Under the pieces are notes generated by a model. The model was not told the DNA's origin. It was given only the letters and a program-made list of their open reading frames with translations, and did no database searches. The translations under genes were made by a program, and so were the position numbers. 64,000 nucleotides of DNA from a virus. Of this stretch, positions 11,139 through 21,764 are shown one piece after another; the first letter of the stretch is position 1, and every line of letters begins with the position of its first letter. Where the stretch lies: the IMG/VR virus record IMGVR_UViG_3300035670_000038, positions 67,303-131,302 of that record, one strand, 5' to 3'.

Positions 11139-11789
11139 ATGCCATTATCATTAACTAATCAAAATGATGCAGGTAGTTTCGGTTTAACTGGAACAACAGG
11201 TAGATTCGCTGCTTCGGTCACAGTTGTGGCGGATAGTATTCGTGCATTCTTAACTGGCAGTTCTTCATCCTCATACGATGCTGCAGCAGTCAACACGTGG
11301 GTAAAGGTGACCCAAGCAGAATATAATAGTGTTGCTGCAAGATTGTCCTCCGTTACAAAGGTTGGTGCAACAGACTTACAGGTTAACACTAGACTTATCG
11401 CAACAGGATATAACCTTTCACAAACAAACGATTTTACCATACCATCCGACACATACATTTTTGGTATGATAATTGAACCATGGAATACTAATAGTTCTGG
11501 TAGTGTTGGGTATACCACTACCGTTACTGGTAGTATCAGCGATTACAATACTTACTTTGGTAATAATTTCGTAGGATTAATTGGTGGTGGTCGTAATTAT
11601 TTTATTCTTAAAAAACCAACCACAGCTACAACATCTACTGTGTATCCATTCGTAACGATGAGTGCTTCTCCAAATGGTATGAATTATGAAGGATGGGGTT
11701 GGACTGGAACGATTTGGCAATATACCACCGCGGCTTCTAACACGATGGCTAAATTCCAATTACTCACCACAACAAATAAACAGTGGTAA
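11139..11789 (+). CDS. probable virion-associated protein
   Basis: Thr/Ser/Gly-rich ORF directly after the structural-like gene. Confidence 0.4.
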   Translation: MPLSLTNQNDAGSFGLTGTTGRFAASVTVVADSIRAFLTGSSSSSYDAAAVNTWVKVTQAEYNSVAARLSSVTKVGATDLQVNTRLIATGYNLSQTNDFTIPSDTYIFGMIIEPWNTNSSGSVGYTTTVTGSISDYNTYFGNNFVGLIGGGRNYFILKKPTTATTSTVYPFVTMSASPNGMNYEGWGWTGTIWQYTTAASNTMAKFQLLTTTNKQW

Positions 11790-11812
11790 TAAATAGTATT
11801 TAATATAATACA

Positions 11813-11868
11813 ATTCTTAATGAAATCTTAATGTACGGGGACTTGTCTTAGGCAGGTTCCCGTATTAT
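11813..11868 (+). promoter_or_regulatory. 56-bp repeated promoter/hairpin element, copy 2
   Basis: Near-identical to 4075-4130; lies upstream of the MoxR AAA gene. Confidence 0.8.
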
Positions 11869-11912
11869 ATTTCTAGAGTAATGAAGTCCACACACTCTCT
11901 CTATGAGGCACT

Positions 11913-13079
11913 ATGACTACTCTGGTAAAGGTTCTCGACAACTTCACTGCGATTGACCACAACGGCAACGACATCACGGATGAGATTCCGTTCACCGCTC
12001 GTAAGCGTGCATACACGAATGGTGTCGCCCTTCGTATGGTGGCGACTAAGACGGGTAAGACGCAGTGGCGTGATACGGACCTCGCGGATTTCGAGGCGCT
12101 CCGTAAGACGGCGGTTCCTACGAAGCCAATTGAGAATGTGAAGAATGAGCTGGAGAATGATGTGGTGGAGTTCTTGAAGGATTGTGAGAAGGTCAAGCCC
12201 GCACATCTTATTATGGATTCGCTGAAGTGGCGTTATCTGATGCGGTCAGTCCTTCGTGGCAAGAATATTATGATGACTGGTCCTTCGGGTTGTGGTAAGA
12301 CCCTCGCTGCGCAGACCGTGGCTAAGGTTCTTGATGGTCGGCAGTTCTTCTACTTTAACGTTGGTGCAACCCAAGACCCGCGTTCTACTCTTATCGGAAA
12401 TACCCATTACAGCAAGGACAAGGGTACCTTCGTAGCGGAGGCTCTGTTCGTCAAGGCGATTCAGACTCCGAACGCTATCGTTCTCCTTGACGAGCTGACC
12501 CGTGGACACGCCGATGCGTGGAATATTCTGATGACGGTCCTCGACGAGAACCAGCGGTATCTTCGTATTGACGAGATGCCCGATACTCCGACGATTAAGG
12601 TGGCAAAGGGTGTGACCTTTATCGCTACGGCAAACATCGGTGCCGAGTATACCGCCACCCGCGTCCTCGACCGCGCGATGATGGACCGATTCGCTTCGGT
12701 GGTCGAGATGGAACCGCTGGGTAAGGATGATGAGGTCAAGCTTCTTACGATGACGTATCCTGAGGTGTCGGCACATAATCTGTCCGCTATCGCTGAGATT
12801 GCAGACCACACTCGTACTCAGGTTCGTAGTGATGACCCGAAGGTGACTACCTCTATCTCATCCCGTATGACTGTCGAGATGGCTGGTCTGTTGAATGACG
12901 GGTTCAATCTCGCAGAGGCGGCTGAGGCGTGTATCTATCCCTTCTTCTCTCCCGCTGGTGGTAATGACTCTGAGCGGACGTATATGAGGCAGTTGGTACA
13001 GAAGTTCTTCTCCACGGATTCGAATGGAACCCAGGCGCCGTGGGAGAATATCGCTAAGGACGAGAACACTCCGTTCTAA
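11913..13079 (+). CDS. MoxR-family AAA+ ATPase (CbbQ/NirQ/CobS-like)
   Basis: Walker A GPSGCGKT, Walker B LLDE, FIATANIGAEY, LDRAMMDRF, ISSR. Confidence 0.9.
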   Translation: MTTLVKVLDNFTAIDHNGNDITDEIPFTARKRAYTNGVALRMVATKTGKTQWRDTDLADFEALRKTAVPTKPIENVKNELENDVVEFLKDCEKVKPAHLIMDSLKWRYLMRSVLRGKNIMMTGPSGCGKTLAAQTVAKVLDGRQFFYFNVGATQDPRSTLIGNTHYSKDKGTFVAEALFVKAIQTPNAIVLLDELTRGHADAWNILMTVLDENQRYLRIDEMPDTPTIKVAKGVTFIATANIGAEYTATRVLDRAMMDRFASVVEMEPLGKDDEVKLLTMTYPEVSAHNLSAIAEIADHTRTQVRSDDPKVTTSISSRMTVEMAGLLNDGFNLAEAAEACIYPFFSPAGGNDSERTYMRQLVQKFFSTDSNGTQAPWENIAKDENTPF

Positions 13080-13249
13080 TGTGTAATTGCAAGAGATACG
13101 ACCCAGAGGGTGAACGTGATAGTGGGTACGCCTGTTACTATTGTAACGGGCGTATTCCCGTTCGTTCTATTCACCAAGAAAATGTAAATGGTAAAATCTT
13201 TTATTTCTGTTCTTCCGACTGTGCGCATCTGTGGTCAAGTATAGAGTAA
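13079..13249 (+). CDS. small Cys-rich TRASH/YHS-like zinc-finger protein (56 aa, not in the ORF track)
   Basis: Manual translation MCNCKRYDPEGERDSGYACYYCNGRIPVRSIHQENVNGKIFYFCSSDCAHLWSSIE; ATG overlaps the AAA stop. Confidence 0.6.
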   Translation: MCNCKRYDPEGERDSGYACYYCNGRIPVRSIHQENVNGKIFYFCSSDCAHLWSSIE

Positions 13250-13283
13250 ATGATATGTATAGAAGTACCCACTAAGAGGTTTT

Positions 13284-13847
13284 ATGAATCCACGATATAA
13301 TGTGATTATCCCAAAAATAATAAAAGAGAAAGTTCTTGATTTCGCTATGAATTCTGGACTATCTTATTTTAATATAAACGCGGACCCTCGTAAGGAAGCA
13401 GAGAAGGGGAAGCGTAGATTTGCTATGCTTACAGAGTATCCCGAATTGGAAATATCACAAATGGTAGATGCGTTCAAAGAAATCGCATACGAAGAAATTG
13501 GTATTGCAGAAATTCTACCCGAACCACAATTCGGTAATTTTATTGGTGTAAATTTAGAAGGTGGAAGTGTGCATGAACACCAAGATGCTCGTGATGAAAA
13601 TAATAATGTTCATCTCCGTTTTAATTTTATGATTCAGAAACCAGATATTGGTGGTAATCCTATCATTAATGGAAAAGAATATTGGATTGATGAGGATACG
13701 TGTTGGATGAACTACGCATCGGAATGGAAACATGGGTCAACACCTGTGGCGGGTTCACGTGCACGTGTGGTATTGAGTATGGGTGCATGTGTACCTGAAC
13801 ATATTGTACGAGAAAAGATTTCCAAAAAAATTGGATGGGAGGCATAA
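13284..13847 (+). CDS. 2OG-Fe(II) oxygenase
   Basis: HxD motif (HEHQD), GGNP, distal His (WKHGSTPV) and R (RVVLS). Confidence 0.8.
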   Translation: MNPRYNVIIPKIIKEKVLDFAMNSGLSYFNINADPRKEAEKGKRRFAMLTEYPELEISQMVDAFKEIAYEEIGIAEILPEPQFGNFIGVNLEGGSVHEHQDARDENNNVHLRFNFMIQKPDIGGNPIINGKEYWIDEDTCWMNYASEWKHGSTPVAGSRARVVLSMGACVPEHIVREKISKKIGWEA

Positions 13848-14683
13848 TGTTAGAAAATATACAATACGACAGAATTCTACAACCACAAGAGGATGGTTAT
13901 GATGTACAAATTTTTCAAGAAATTAAAAAGAGTCAGGGGTATGTTCCTATTGACTATCCATCTTCTATGGTTAAGTTTCACGGAAAGGTTGCAGTCCTTC
14001 CTCCGTCCGAACATGCGGTAGATTATCTCAACAATATTAATTTTGAACGTATAGCTAATTACTATAGCGCTGCTTGGGGTCTTGGGTACAATAACGTTCG
14101 TCAATTAGTTGACGCGTATATTCCTAACATTGACCCCAACACAAACTTCAGTGGTCAACATGATGGTGTGGAATTTGGACATCCAGGTGCATGGGGTATT
14201 ATGTCCTCATTGGTGACACACGACCCCGCAGCTACGTTGGCAAACTTGGTGCACGAACTAATGCATTGGAAGTTAGTCGCACTAGGATTTGGACTTCGTG
14301 CGAACACGTTCTTCCCAACCACACAAGAATTTATTCTAAACCACGAAAGTGAATTGTGCTGGTCTATTGTGAATAGTTACGCAGACACTGCACAACCTGC
14401 CGTTGGAAATAAACCAACTGACAGACCTGTATCCGCATCTCTTCACGCATATCTTTCATTCCTTGGTGTGGCGTATACACATACCCAAGTGTTGAAGATT
14501 GACCCAAACAACCAAGAATCGCAATGGAGAATGACACGTTGGGGTTCACGATTTGATAAGTGTTTGGATGAAATTTTTAAGGTTGGAAAGTTTACCCCGA
14601 AGGGACAACGTTTGATGATTGGTGTTGCAAAGTGGACATCTGATTTCTTCTATGAAGCACGACAAGTAGGTTACAAACTCTAG
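13847..14683 (+). CDS. aKG-HExxH-type (peptide beta-hydroxylase-like) protein
   Basis: LANLVHELMHWKL plus downstream DRPVSASLHAYLSF, like the RPxxxxLHAxxxF motif of aKG-HExxH proteins. Confidence 0.6.
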   Translation: MLENIQYDRILQPQEDGYDVQIFQEIKKSQGYVPIDYPSSMVKFHGKVAVLPPSEHAVDYLNNINFERIANYYSAAWGLGYNNVRQLVDAYIPNIDPNTNFSGQHDGVEFGHPGAWGIMSSLVTHDPAATLANLVHELMHWKLVALGFGLRANTFFPTTQEFILNHESELCWSIVNSYADTAQPAVGNKPTDRPVSASLHAYLSFLGVAYTHTQVLKIDPNNQESQWRMTRWGSRFDKCLDEIFKVGKFTPKGQRLMIGVAKWTSDFFYEARQVGYKL

Positions 14684-15325
14684 GAGGTTATATGAACGAG
14701 ATTTTATTAGCTCTTATTGGTTCAATCGCAATGATAGGATGTTGGGGGGCAATTATTATGAATTACGAAAAGCAAAAGGTAAAACAAGCAAATAAAGAAA
14801 AGAATATGTACGAAACGTGTGTATCGTGTGGTGAAATGGTACATGTCCGAAAGGATACACCGATTGACCAGAGGTTCTACTATGTGGAAGGTGCTGGTCA
14901 ATTGTGCCACGATTGTTATGATTATACCTATCGTAGTAAATAATATTTAATATACCACTTGACAAATATATAACAATCTGTTATATTTCAAGTAACCCTA
15001 ACCGTAAGGAGAAACAAATGCCGAAGGCGCCTGTGTTCAAGCATGGAGAGATGGTGGTGATTACGCATCCGACTGATGACCATTATCTTGATATGACGGG
15101 TGTAGTGATGCAAGAAGAGTATCGTAGTTACATCAATGACTACGTGTATTACGTCCGACTTGATGAAGATGGATATGAGATGGAATTCACGGCAGATGAA
15201 CTTACACTTGAAGAGGATATGTAAAATGGGTAAGACTTGGAAGGACAAGAATAAGTGGGAAAAGAAGCAAGAGGGGAAGAATATCAAAAAGACAAAGAAA
15301 GAACATAAATATTCTTCTGGTAGTA

Positions 15326-16066
15326 ATGAGGATAGAAACATCAATTATAACCGCATCTCTAGCTTCGAATGGTATGACTACGATTACGAGAACGATTAAT
15401 TATGTAAAGGATTACGATACGTTGTCCACGATGGCTGCGGATATCGTAAGGAAGGAAATACATAGAAGCAACACAACTGTACTTGGATTACCTACTGGTG
15501 GAACTCCCATCGGTATGTATGAGAAGTTGGTGAAGGATAAGACAATTGATTGGCGATTCGTCCAGACATTTAATCTTGACGAGTATGTGGGAATTGACCC
15601 CAACCATCCAGAGAGTTATAGAAACTTTATGGCACGGCATTTCCACAATCACGTAAATATCCCAAAAGAATATATCTACTTTCCAGACCCGAATAATCCA
15701 GAGAACTATGATGACCTCATCGCACAACGTGGGGGCATTGACCTGCTCGTAATGGGTATGGGGTCAAATGGACACGTGGCGTTTAATGAACCTGGAACGG
15801 ATATGATGTCTGAAACACATATTACGGACTTAAAGGAACAAACCATAAAGGATAATTCCCGTTTCTTCAATTCAATTGACGAGGTTCCAACCCAAGCGGT
15901 CACGATGGGACTACGAACTATCTTGGGTGCACAAAAGATATTGTTGTTGGTGACGGGAAAGAAGAAGTTAAAGGTTTTGCAAAAGGCTATCTGGAAACCT
16001 GACTATAGTATCCCTGTATCTATTATTAATAGTCACAGAAAGGTGGAGATATTATATTGTGATTAA
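15326..16066 (+). CDS. nagB: glucosamine-6-phosphate deaminase
   Basis: VLGLPTGGTP, TFNLDEYVG, GMGSNGHVAFNEPG, AVTMG. The start may be 15374. Confidence 0.95.
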   Translation: MRIETSIITASLASNGMTTITRTINYVKDYDTLSTMAADIVRKEIHRSNTTVLGLPTGGTPIGMYEKLVKDKTIDWRFVQTFNLDEYVGIDPNHPESYRNFMARHFHNHVNIPKEYIYFPDPNNPENYDDLIAQRGGIDLLVMGMGSNGHVAFNEPGTDMMSETHITDLKEQTIKDNSRFFNSIDEVPTQAVTMGLRTILGAQKILLLVTGKKKLKVLQKAIWKPDYSIPVSIINSHRKVEILYCD

Positions 16067-16571
16067 TAAGTTAATGGTAGTTGCTCATCCCGACGATGAA
16101 ACGTTATTCGGTGGTGGGGAACTGATTAAGCATGCAAAAGAATATAAAGTAATTGTATTAGATTATGGAAATCATATTACCCGTCATATTGAATTCCTAC
16201 GGGCAATGCAAATGATTGGTATAGAGAAGTGGGAACATTGGGATGGGGAACCCTACAAGACCTCTGCCGCATATAATGAATCTATCCTCATCCCCCGCAT
16301 AGAACGGGTCCTGGATGAGCAGAATTGGGATATGGTGGTCACTCACAATCAAGGTGGGGAGTACGGTCACTATCGGCATGTATCCACGCATAACGTGATG
16401 GCACGGCTGTGTCCTGAGAAATTATATGTATTTAATACGGACTTGACTACTCGACTTCCCGACGATATATTACATAAGAAGCACGAGGTACTTTCTACCG
16501 CATACCAATCGCAATATAACGTATTAAAATGGTTTCGATGGGAATATGAGGTTCTAACTAAATACCAATAA
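16059..16571 (+). CDS. PIG-L/LmbE family N-acetylglucosamine deacetylase
   Basis: VVAHPDDE, VTHNQGGEYGHYRH, YQSQ. Confidence 0.85.
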   Translation: MINKLMVVAHPDDETLFGGGELIKHAKEYKVIVLDYGNHITRHIEFLRAMQMIGIEKWEHWDGEPYKTSAAYNESILIPRIERVLDEQNWDMVVTHNQGGEYGHYRHVSTHNVMARLCPEKLYVFNTDLTTRLPDDILHKKHEVLSTAYQSQYNVLKWFRWEYEVLTKYQ

Positions 16572-16593
16572 TTTTAATCTCTACGGTCAAACT

Positions 16594-17178
16594 ATGTATA
16601 GAACACGAAACGGATTATCGGAGTCACGTATGGATAAGCAATACCGTGAAATGGTCAATACGCGTAGATTATATAAGTTTGAAGGAGAATTCTTTAATCT
16701 CCTACCTTACAGATATATGACCGTACAAATGAATCTCACCACACTCAGAAATATTGCTAAAATATTGTGGAATGGGGAAAATACTACGTGGTTTTCGATC
16801 CCTGAGGTTCGTTTCGGCAAAGGATTATATCACGGCACCGCCAGAGGCAAAAAATATTATTATAGCTGGTGTGACCGACAAACTATTGAACTCGCTCCCA
16901 CTCAACGTGATATCTTGACCTTGATACACGAAATGGTACACGCATTGGGGTATGGATACCACGATACGAAATTCGTGGGGAAGTATATTGAAATGTTGGT
17001 CAAGTACGCAGGGGTTCCAAAGAAAGAACTTATCCAAGGCATGCAACACTATAAGGTCGCTCTTCCACGTAAATACAAGAGGTTATATAAATGCCAAGAC
17101 TCCCACAAGGTACCATCACGCTCACCGCGCAAAGGTGGATGGACTTCCAAACAGGGAAAGTCCAAAAAAACCCGTTAA
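16594..17178 (+). CDS. HExxH (SprT/WLM-like) metalloprotease-domain protein
   Basis: TLIHEMVHALGYGYHDTKF. Confidence 0.6.
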   Translation: MYRTRNGLSESRMDKQYREMVNTRRLYKFEGEFFNLLPYRYMTVQMNLTTLRNIAKILWNGENTTWFSIPEVRFGKGLYHGTARGKKYYYSWCDRQTIELAPTQRDILTLIHEMVHALGYGYHDTKFVGKYIEMLVKYAGVPKKELIQGMQHYKVALPRKYKRLYKCQDSHKVPSRSPRKGGWTSKQGKSKKTR

Positions 17179-18695
17179 AAGACCAATCCATCAACGAGCA
17201 GTATTACGAAAGTCTTTACGAGGAATATAAAGAACGTCAACTTAATGAGTTTACCACGACTCGTATCATTATCCCAAAAGGTACGAAAATGATGGTGTGG
17301 AACGACCACCGTTCCTTTGTTGGGGACATGCTCACTTACATAGACTATTGGACAAACCGTGGGGAACATTACTTTCGCATCCCAAGGGGTAAGGAACTCT
17401 CGGTCGAACATATATCTAATAGAGATATTGATATTCCACTTGTTGTGTGGTCAACCGTACTCAGTCATATTATTGCCGATAAGACACGTACTACTAAATA
17501 CAGTATATTAGAGGATTCCCCTATCTATGGTCTTTGGGTCAAGATGTATGAAACTCCTACCTATATTCCACAATTAGATAAAAAGATTGTTGCCTATGGA
17601 GTATGGGAACAAGATATTTCAGACATCAATATAAAGAATAATGTGGTGTTTCCTGTTGGTGGTGCTTCGATGATGAACAATCCAAAAAGAGCATATACAA
17701 ATCCCTTAACAGGCAAAACTATTGTCCCAGGGAATACTAATATTTGGGTATGTGGATATTGTGGTGGTGATACCTCCCAAATAGAATATGATTATTTAAG
17801 TGGTACGAATCATCTATCGTGTGAATTACAAAATAGTATGGGAGCTAACTGCTAACACACCTATGCCTCCATATAGTCATCCTATAAACATCCAAGACAT
17901 CTACGACTATTATAAGCTAATTAATGGTCAGTACTTGGCAAAAGAAAATGATAAGATAATAGTCTGGTATAACTACGATGGGTTACAATCTATGTTCGAT
18001 ACCGTGGTCGGACTAGAAAAAGAATATAATAGTGAAATGATAGACTTTAATGGTGTAACAGAAGGATTTACTAACTATATAACAAGTCTAGAGCATTGGA
18101 AAGAATGTAAGGTAGTCGAGGGGAAAGTAGATAATATAACATATAAAACAAAAATAAAGCAAATGGAATTAAAAACTGGAATAAGTCCATATTATCGTTT
18201 TAACTATGTCAATATCCATAATGTGATATTAGCAGAACCAAAAATCCATCCTATCTATGGGGAATATGTAGGGTGGTCAACCTCGGTAATAACCCTATGA
18301 CAAACTATATCGCACAGATGTTACATCCAAGTGATTTGGAGAATGTATCAATCCCACAAGGGGAAACTATTACCTTATTTAAAAATTACCATGGAATAGA
18401 AAAGTACTTTGAGGGAGATACTATCCCTGACACGCTTCTTCTACGGGTAACGGCGGTCAAGAAGGAAGGAGACATCTACCAACTATATAACGTAGGAAAT
18501 AAGGGATTTAAAAAGAGTTATTTAAAGGTATATGATACGGAACAATCTCACCCCCAATATGGGGCATATGTCGGATGGATGGTACACCTATGAAAACAAT
18601 ATTTTGGCTTATAGTATTAATCGTCGCTATAGTATTGGTAGCAACATCGGATAAGAACCCACCTGATGAGAATTGGTACTAAGGGATACAACAAT

Positions 18696-18796
18696 GGGAG
18701 TGCAGTGAAGCTGGTGGTTCGACTGATCTTCAAAATCAGTAAGTCTTATACCCAACTCCATAGACTGCGGGGTTCGATTCCTCGGCATTCCCGCCA
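18696..18796 (+). tRNA. selC: tRNA-Sec (anticodon UCA)
   Basis: 8-bp acceptor GGGAGTGC/GCATTCCC, ~6-bp D stem with TGGT loop, CTGAT-CT TCA AA-ATCAG, long variable arm, 5-bp T stem, G73, encoded CCA. Confidence 0.96.
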
Positions 18797-18839
18797 CATA
18801 GTAGGTAGGATAAGGCGGATATACCCCATATAGAGGTAT

Positions 18840-19460
18840 GTCCGTTTTATCATTTTTACCGCCCGTTTTATCATTTTTGTGTGCGTTTTATCATTTTTCG
18901 TGAATACGGGGTCGCGGTCATATTAATATGATATATTGGTAATATCAAAATGATATCAATTCTATAGAACTCTATATCGATAAAATAAAGGCAATTAATA
19001 GGAGCATTAGTGTTTTCGCTTCGTGAGCAAATTTTTTTATGCTTGGAAAATCGCCCCACCTCGTGAATGTAAACAAGCCTGATAAGCATGTGGATATGTG
19101 GAAAAATGATAAAACCCTAAAAGCATGATAAAACTGGATGATAAAACCATCGCCCGTATAAACCCCGAAGAATACTTTAGCTCTGAAGCAAATGTGGATA
19201 ACTCCTAATAATATGTTATATTGACACGCCCTGCTGACATTATGACATTACCCATTATTGCCCGAAGAAACACCGAAGCAATTGTAACGATTTCTCTACC
19301 CTATTGACAATAACGGCGTGGGCTATTATCTTTATATTAGGAAAGGCTACGCCTCGTTTTATCACCTTTTGGATTCGTTTTATCATTTTTTGAGGTTGGT
19401 GGAAAATATGAACCCCACCGCCCCTGCATAGTCTATGGAGCGATGGGGAACGATAAAAAT
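18840..19460. repeat. non-coding repeat-rich region (GTTTTATCA/TGATAAAAC repeats, DnaA-box-like sites)
   Basis: CGTTTTATCATTTTT x3 at 18843/18864/18884; TGATAAAAC x3 at ~19107-19147; TGTGGATAA at 19193; near-boxes at 19089 and 19097. Confidence 0.75.
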
Positions 19461-19673
19461 AGAAAAGGTTAGGCGTTTCGGGGCTTTAGGTTTCCGGTAT
19501 GTACGAAATGCACCCGCCCCTGCATATCCTCTACGTTACGGAATACCCCGCCCTTGCTTCCCCCTGGAATATTGACCACGCGGAGCAGCATCCCGTCCTT
19601 TAGGGTTGGGTTATAGGGCGACCAGCCCACCCAGCGATAGACCACGCCCTTGCGCACCCGATTTGCGCGATAT

Positions 19674-19907
19674 CTAAACATTCTGCCGCCCCCGCGTCTG
19701 CCCCATAAACTTTTGAACGGCGCCGGTGGCGAGTAGCAGCTCCTCCGCCCCATAGACGGCGTTAGCCCCGCAGCTTTCGCACTCATACTTTCGGGCGTCG
19801 GGCTCCACGCCCTCCTGCTCCTGCCCGCAACGGACGCAGATGCCGATATAGTCATCCGCCACTGCGGCGAGGATAGAGTCGAGGGTGATGCTAGGATGGA
19901 TCGCCAT
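19674..19907 (-). CDS. small zinc-ribbon phage protein
   Basis: GICVRCG...EPDARKYECESCG...VYGAEELL. Confidence 0.65.
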   Translation of the reverse strand: MAIHPSITLDSILAAVADDYIGICVRCGQEQEGVEPDARKYECESCGANAVYGAEELLLATGAVQKFMGQTRGRQNV

Positions 19908-19922
19908 TTTTTATTTTCTCCT

Positions 19923-20342
19923 TTACTTGGTAAGGTTGTAGGGCTTGGTCCAGCTTCCCACGTTTACATCGTAGTAATACGCGGTGTCGAAATAGTCGAT
20001 CTGGGCGTCGCTGTTATCGTACCAGTCCGCCGCTTTCATCGCGGGGATGATTTCGGAAAGGAACGCCAGCGACTCCCCACTATAGTGCTCCTGGAACCAG
20101 TAGGGGTTGATCGAAATCTCGTACCGCTTCCGCATCTCATCCTTGTCAATCTTGTGCGAAACATACCCAAACTGCCGCTGCTCGATCAGGTCACCGATGA
20201 AATCGATCGACCCGCTGGTCAGCTTTAGCACGATCGTGGAATGATTGCGGACGGATAGGGATCCCTTCATTCCGTACTTAGCGAGAATGGGCTTCACCTT
20301 CGCCGCCACCTTCGCCTTGCGTTCCTGATTCATATACGCCAT
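19923..20342 (-). CDS. conserved-type phage hypothetical protein
   Basis: MAYMNQERK...DNSDAQIDYFDTAYY; own RBS and sigma70-like promoter. Confidence 0.65.
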   Translation of the reverse strand: MAYMNQERKAKVAAKVKPILAKYGMKGSLSVRNHSTIVLKLTSGSIDFIGDLIEQRQFGYVSHKIDKDEMRKRYEISINPYWFQEHYSGESLAFLSEIIPAMKAADWYDNSDAQIDYFDTAYYYDVNVGSWTKPYNLTK

Positions 20343-21089
20343 CTGTCTTGCTCCGTTTGTTTGGGTTGTATTATAATATAATACAATATCGGGCAGATAC
20401 AAGCCCCCTGCGCATTTTTCTTTTTTTCGTTACAAACCGAACAAACACCGAAGCGGGGGGTTGTCAAGCCCTATAACGGGATTGTTACACAATTGTTACA
20501 ATCGTTTTATCACTCGGTTTTATCATCTTTTTCGTGTAAAAAGAAAAACCCCACGTATTAGGTGGGGCGGAGAAAGTAGAAGCTCCAGTTTTCTGTTTCG
20601 CGTCTATAGAGTTTTGCTTTCGTTCCTTTCTTTATACCTGGGATTCCTTTCACACCGAACTGCGTGAGTGCGTAGGGTTGTTTATTCTTATCTATTACGT
20701 TGACCCACCCATTAGGGCTGACCTCTACCACGGTCACATCTGCGATATATTTTTCATTCACCATTAGTGCGACTCCAGGTTTATATAGTCATCCTCACCG
20801 ACCACGCCCCAGAACATCGTGGCGATCTCTTCGGGAGTATAAAGATGCGGAAGGATATTGCGTGAAGGCTGGTCGGGATCCTCACTATTCAGCTCATCGT
20901 AATAGGTGGCGATAGAGTCCTGAATAATATGAAGTGCGTAGTTATTCCCGATAAGAGTATAGGCGGAGTCTCCCCACGATACACCGCTCAGCCCATAGTC
21001 TGCGATTGCTTCCACCTCTTCATCGCTGAACCCGATATGGTCGAGGATGTCCCAAAGGGAAATGACGGTCAAAGTCTTTTTATGAATCA

Positions 21090-21764
21090 TTATGCAGCCC
21101 TCCGAAGAATGGTGAACCCGCTGTTATCCTTTTTCGCTTTCCCCTTTGCCAGTAGACCGACCACCACGTTCTGCGGGTCGAGGAACCGAAGGTCAGTCTC
21201 GGTGCCGTCAATCACCGTGCGACCAAACCAAACATCGGGGAGACTATCGAACACAACCGCCACGTTCATATCCTGCGGGATAAGGTGTTCATTCTCTTCG
21301 CTACGGCTGAAGGTAAGGTGATAGTTAGAAGGAATGTTCCGACGATTAGGGATCTTTGTGTAGTCATAAAAGGTAAGGTTAGGAAACATTTCCATAATGT
21401 TTGCGAACCCATTCACCGCGACAGTCTCCCAGCGGATATCGCTCGTCCCGTTCAAACGGAAAACGGGAGTCATCCCCTCACGGTCCGCCTTACGAACCGC
21501 CGCGTGGATATCCTTCACCAACTGCGACATAAAGTTTTCGCGGTCCTCAAAGAAAAGCTTAGTCTTACGGATGCGAGCCTCTTGAATGGCGGTGAACCGA
21601 CCACGCCCCGCCGTATTGAGACACGCCGCGGTGCAACCCTTGCTCGCCATCGGGCAGGTATTGTATCCCGAAAGCCAGGACGGGGCGAGGTGAAGGATGA
21701 AGGTAAGATACCCCATCGCCTCGCCCTTCACCGTCTTAGTGTTGCCGATAGTCAAAAACTTCAT
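21090..21764 (-). CDS. GP88-family phage protein
   Basis: CPMASKGCTAACLNTAGRG, RLNGTSD, FYDYTK, NYHLTFSRSE, DLRFLD, GLLAKG. Confidence 0.8.
   Translation of the reverse strand: MKFLTIGNTKTVKGEAMGYLTFILHLAPSWLSGYNTCPMASKGCTAACLNTAGRGRFTAIQEARIRKTKLFFEDRENFMSQLVKDIHAAVRKADREGMTPVFRLNGTSDIRWETVAVNGFANIMEMFPNLTFYDYTKIPNRRNIPSNYHLTFSRSEENEHLIPQDMNVAVVFDSLPDVWFGRTVIDGTETDLRFLDPQNVVVGLLAKGKAKKDNSGFTILRRAA

Noticed and set aside
18696-18796. Opal suppressor or genome-wide UGA reassignment
   Set aside because: The tRNA has Sec-specific 8/5 geometry, a normal tRNA-Trp(CCA) is present, and TGA ends intact genes such as thyX.
18840-19460. CRISPR array
   Set aside because: The repeats are 9-15 bp with 5-10 bp spacers and mixed orientation; no cas genes are seen.
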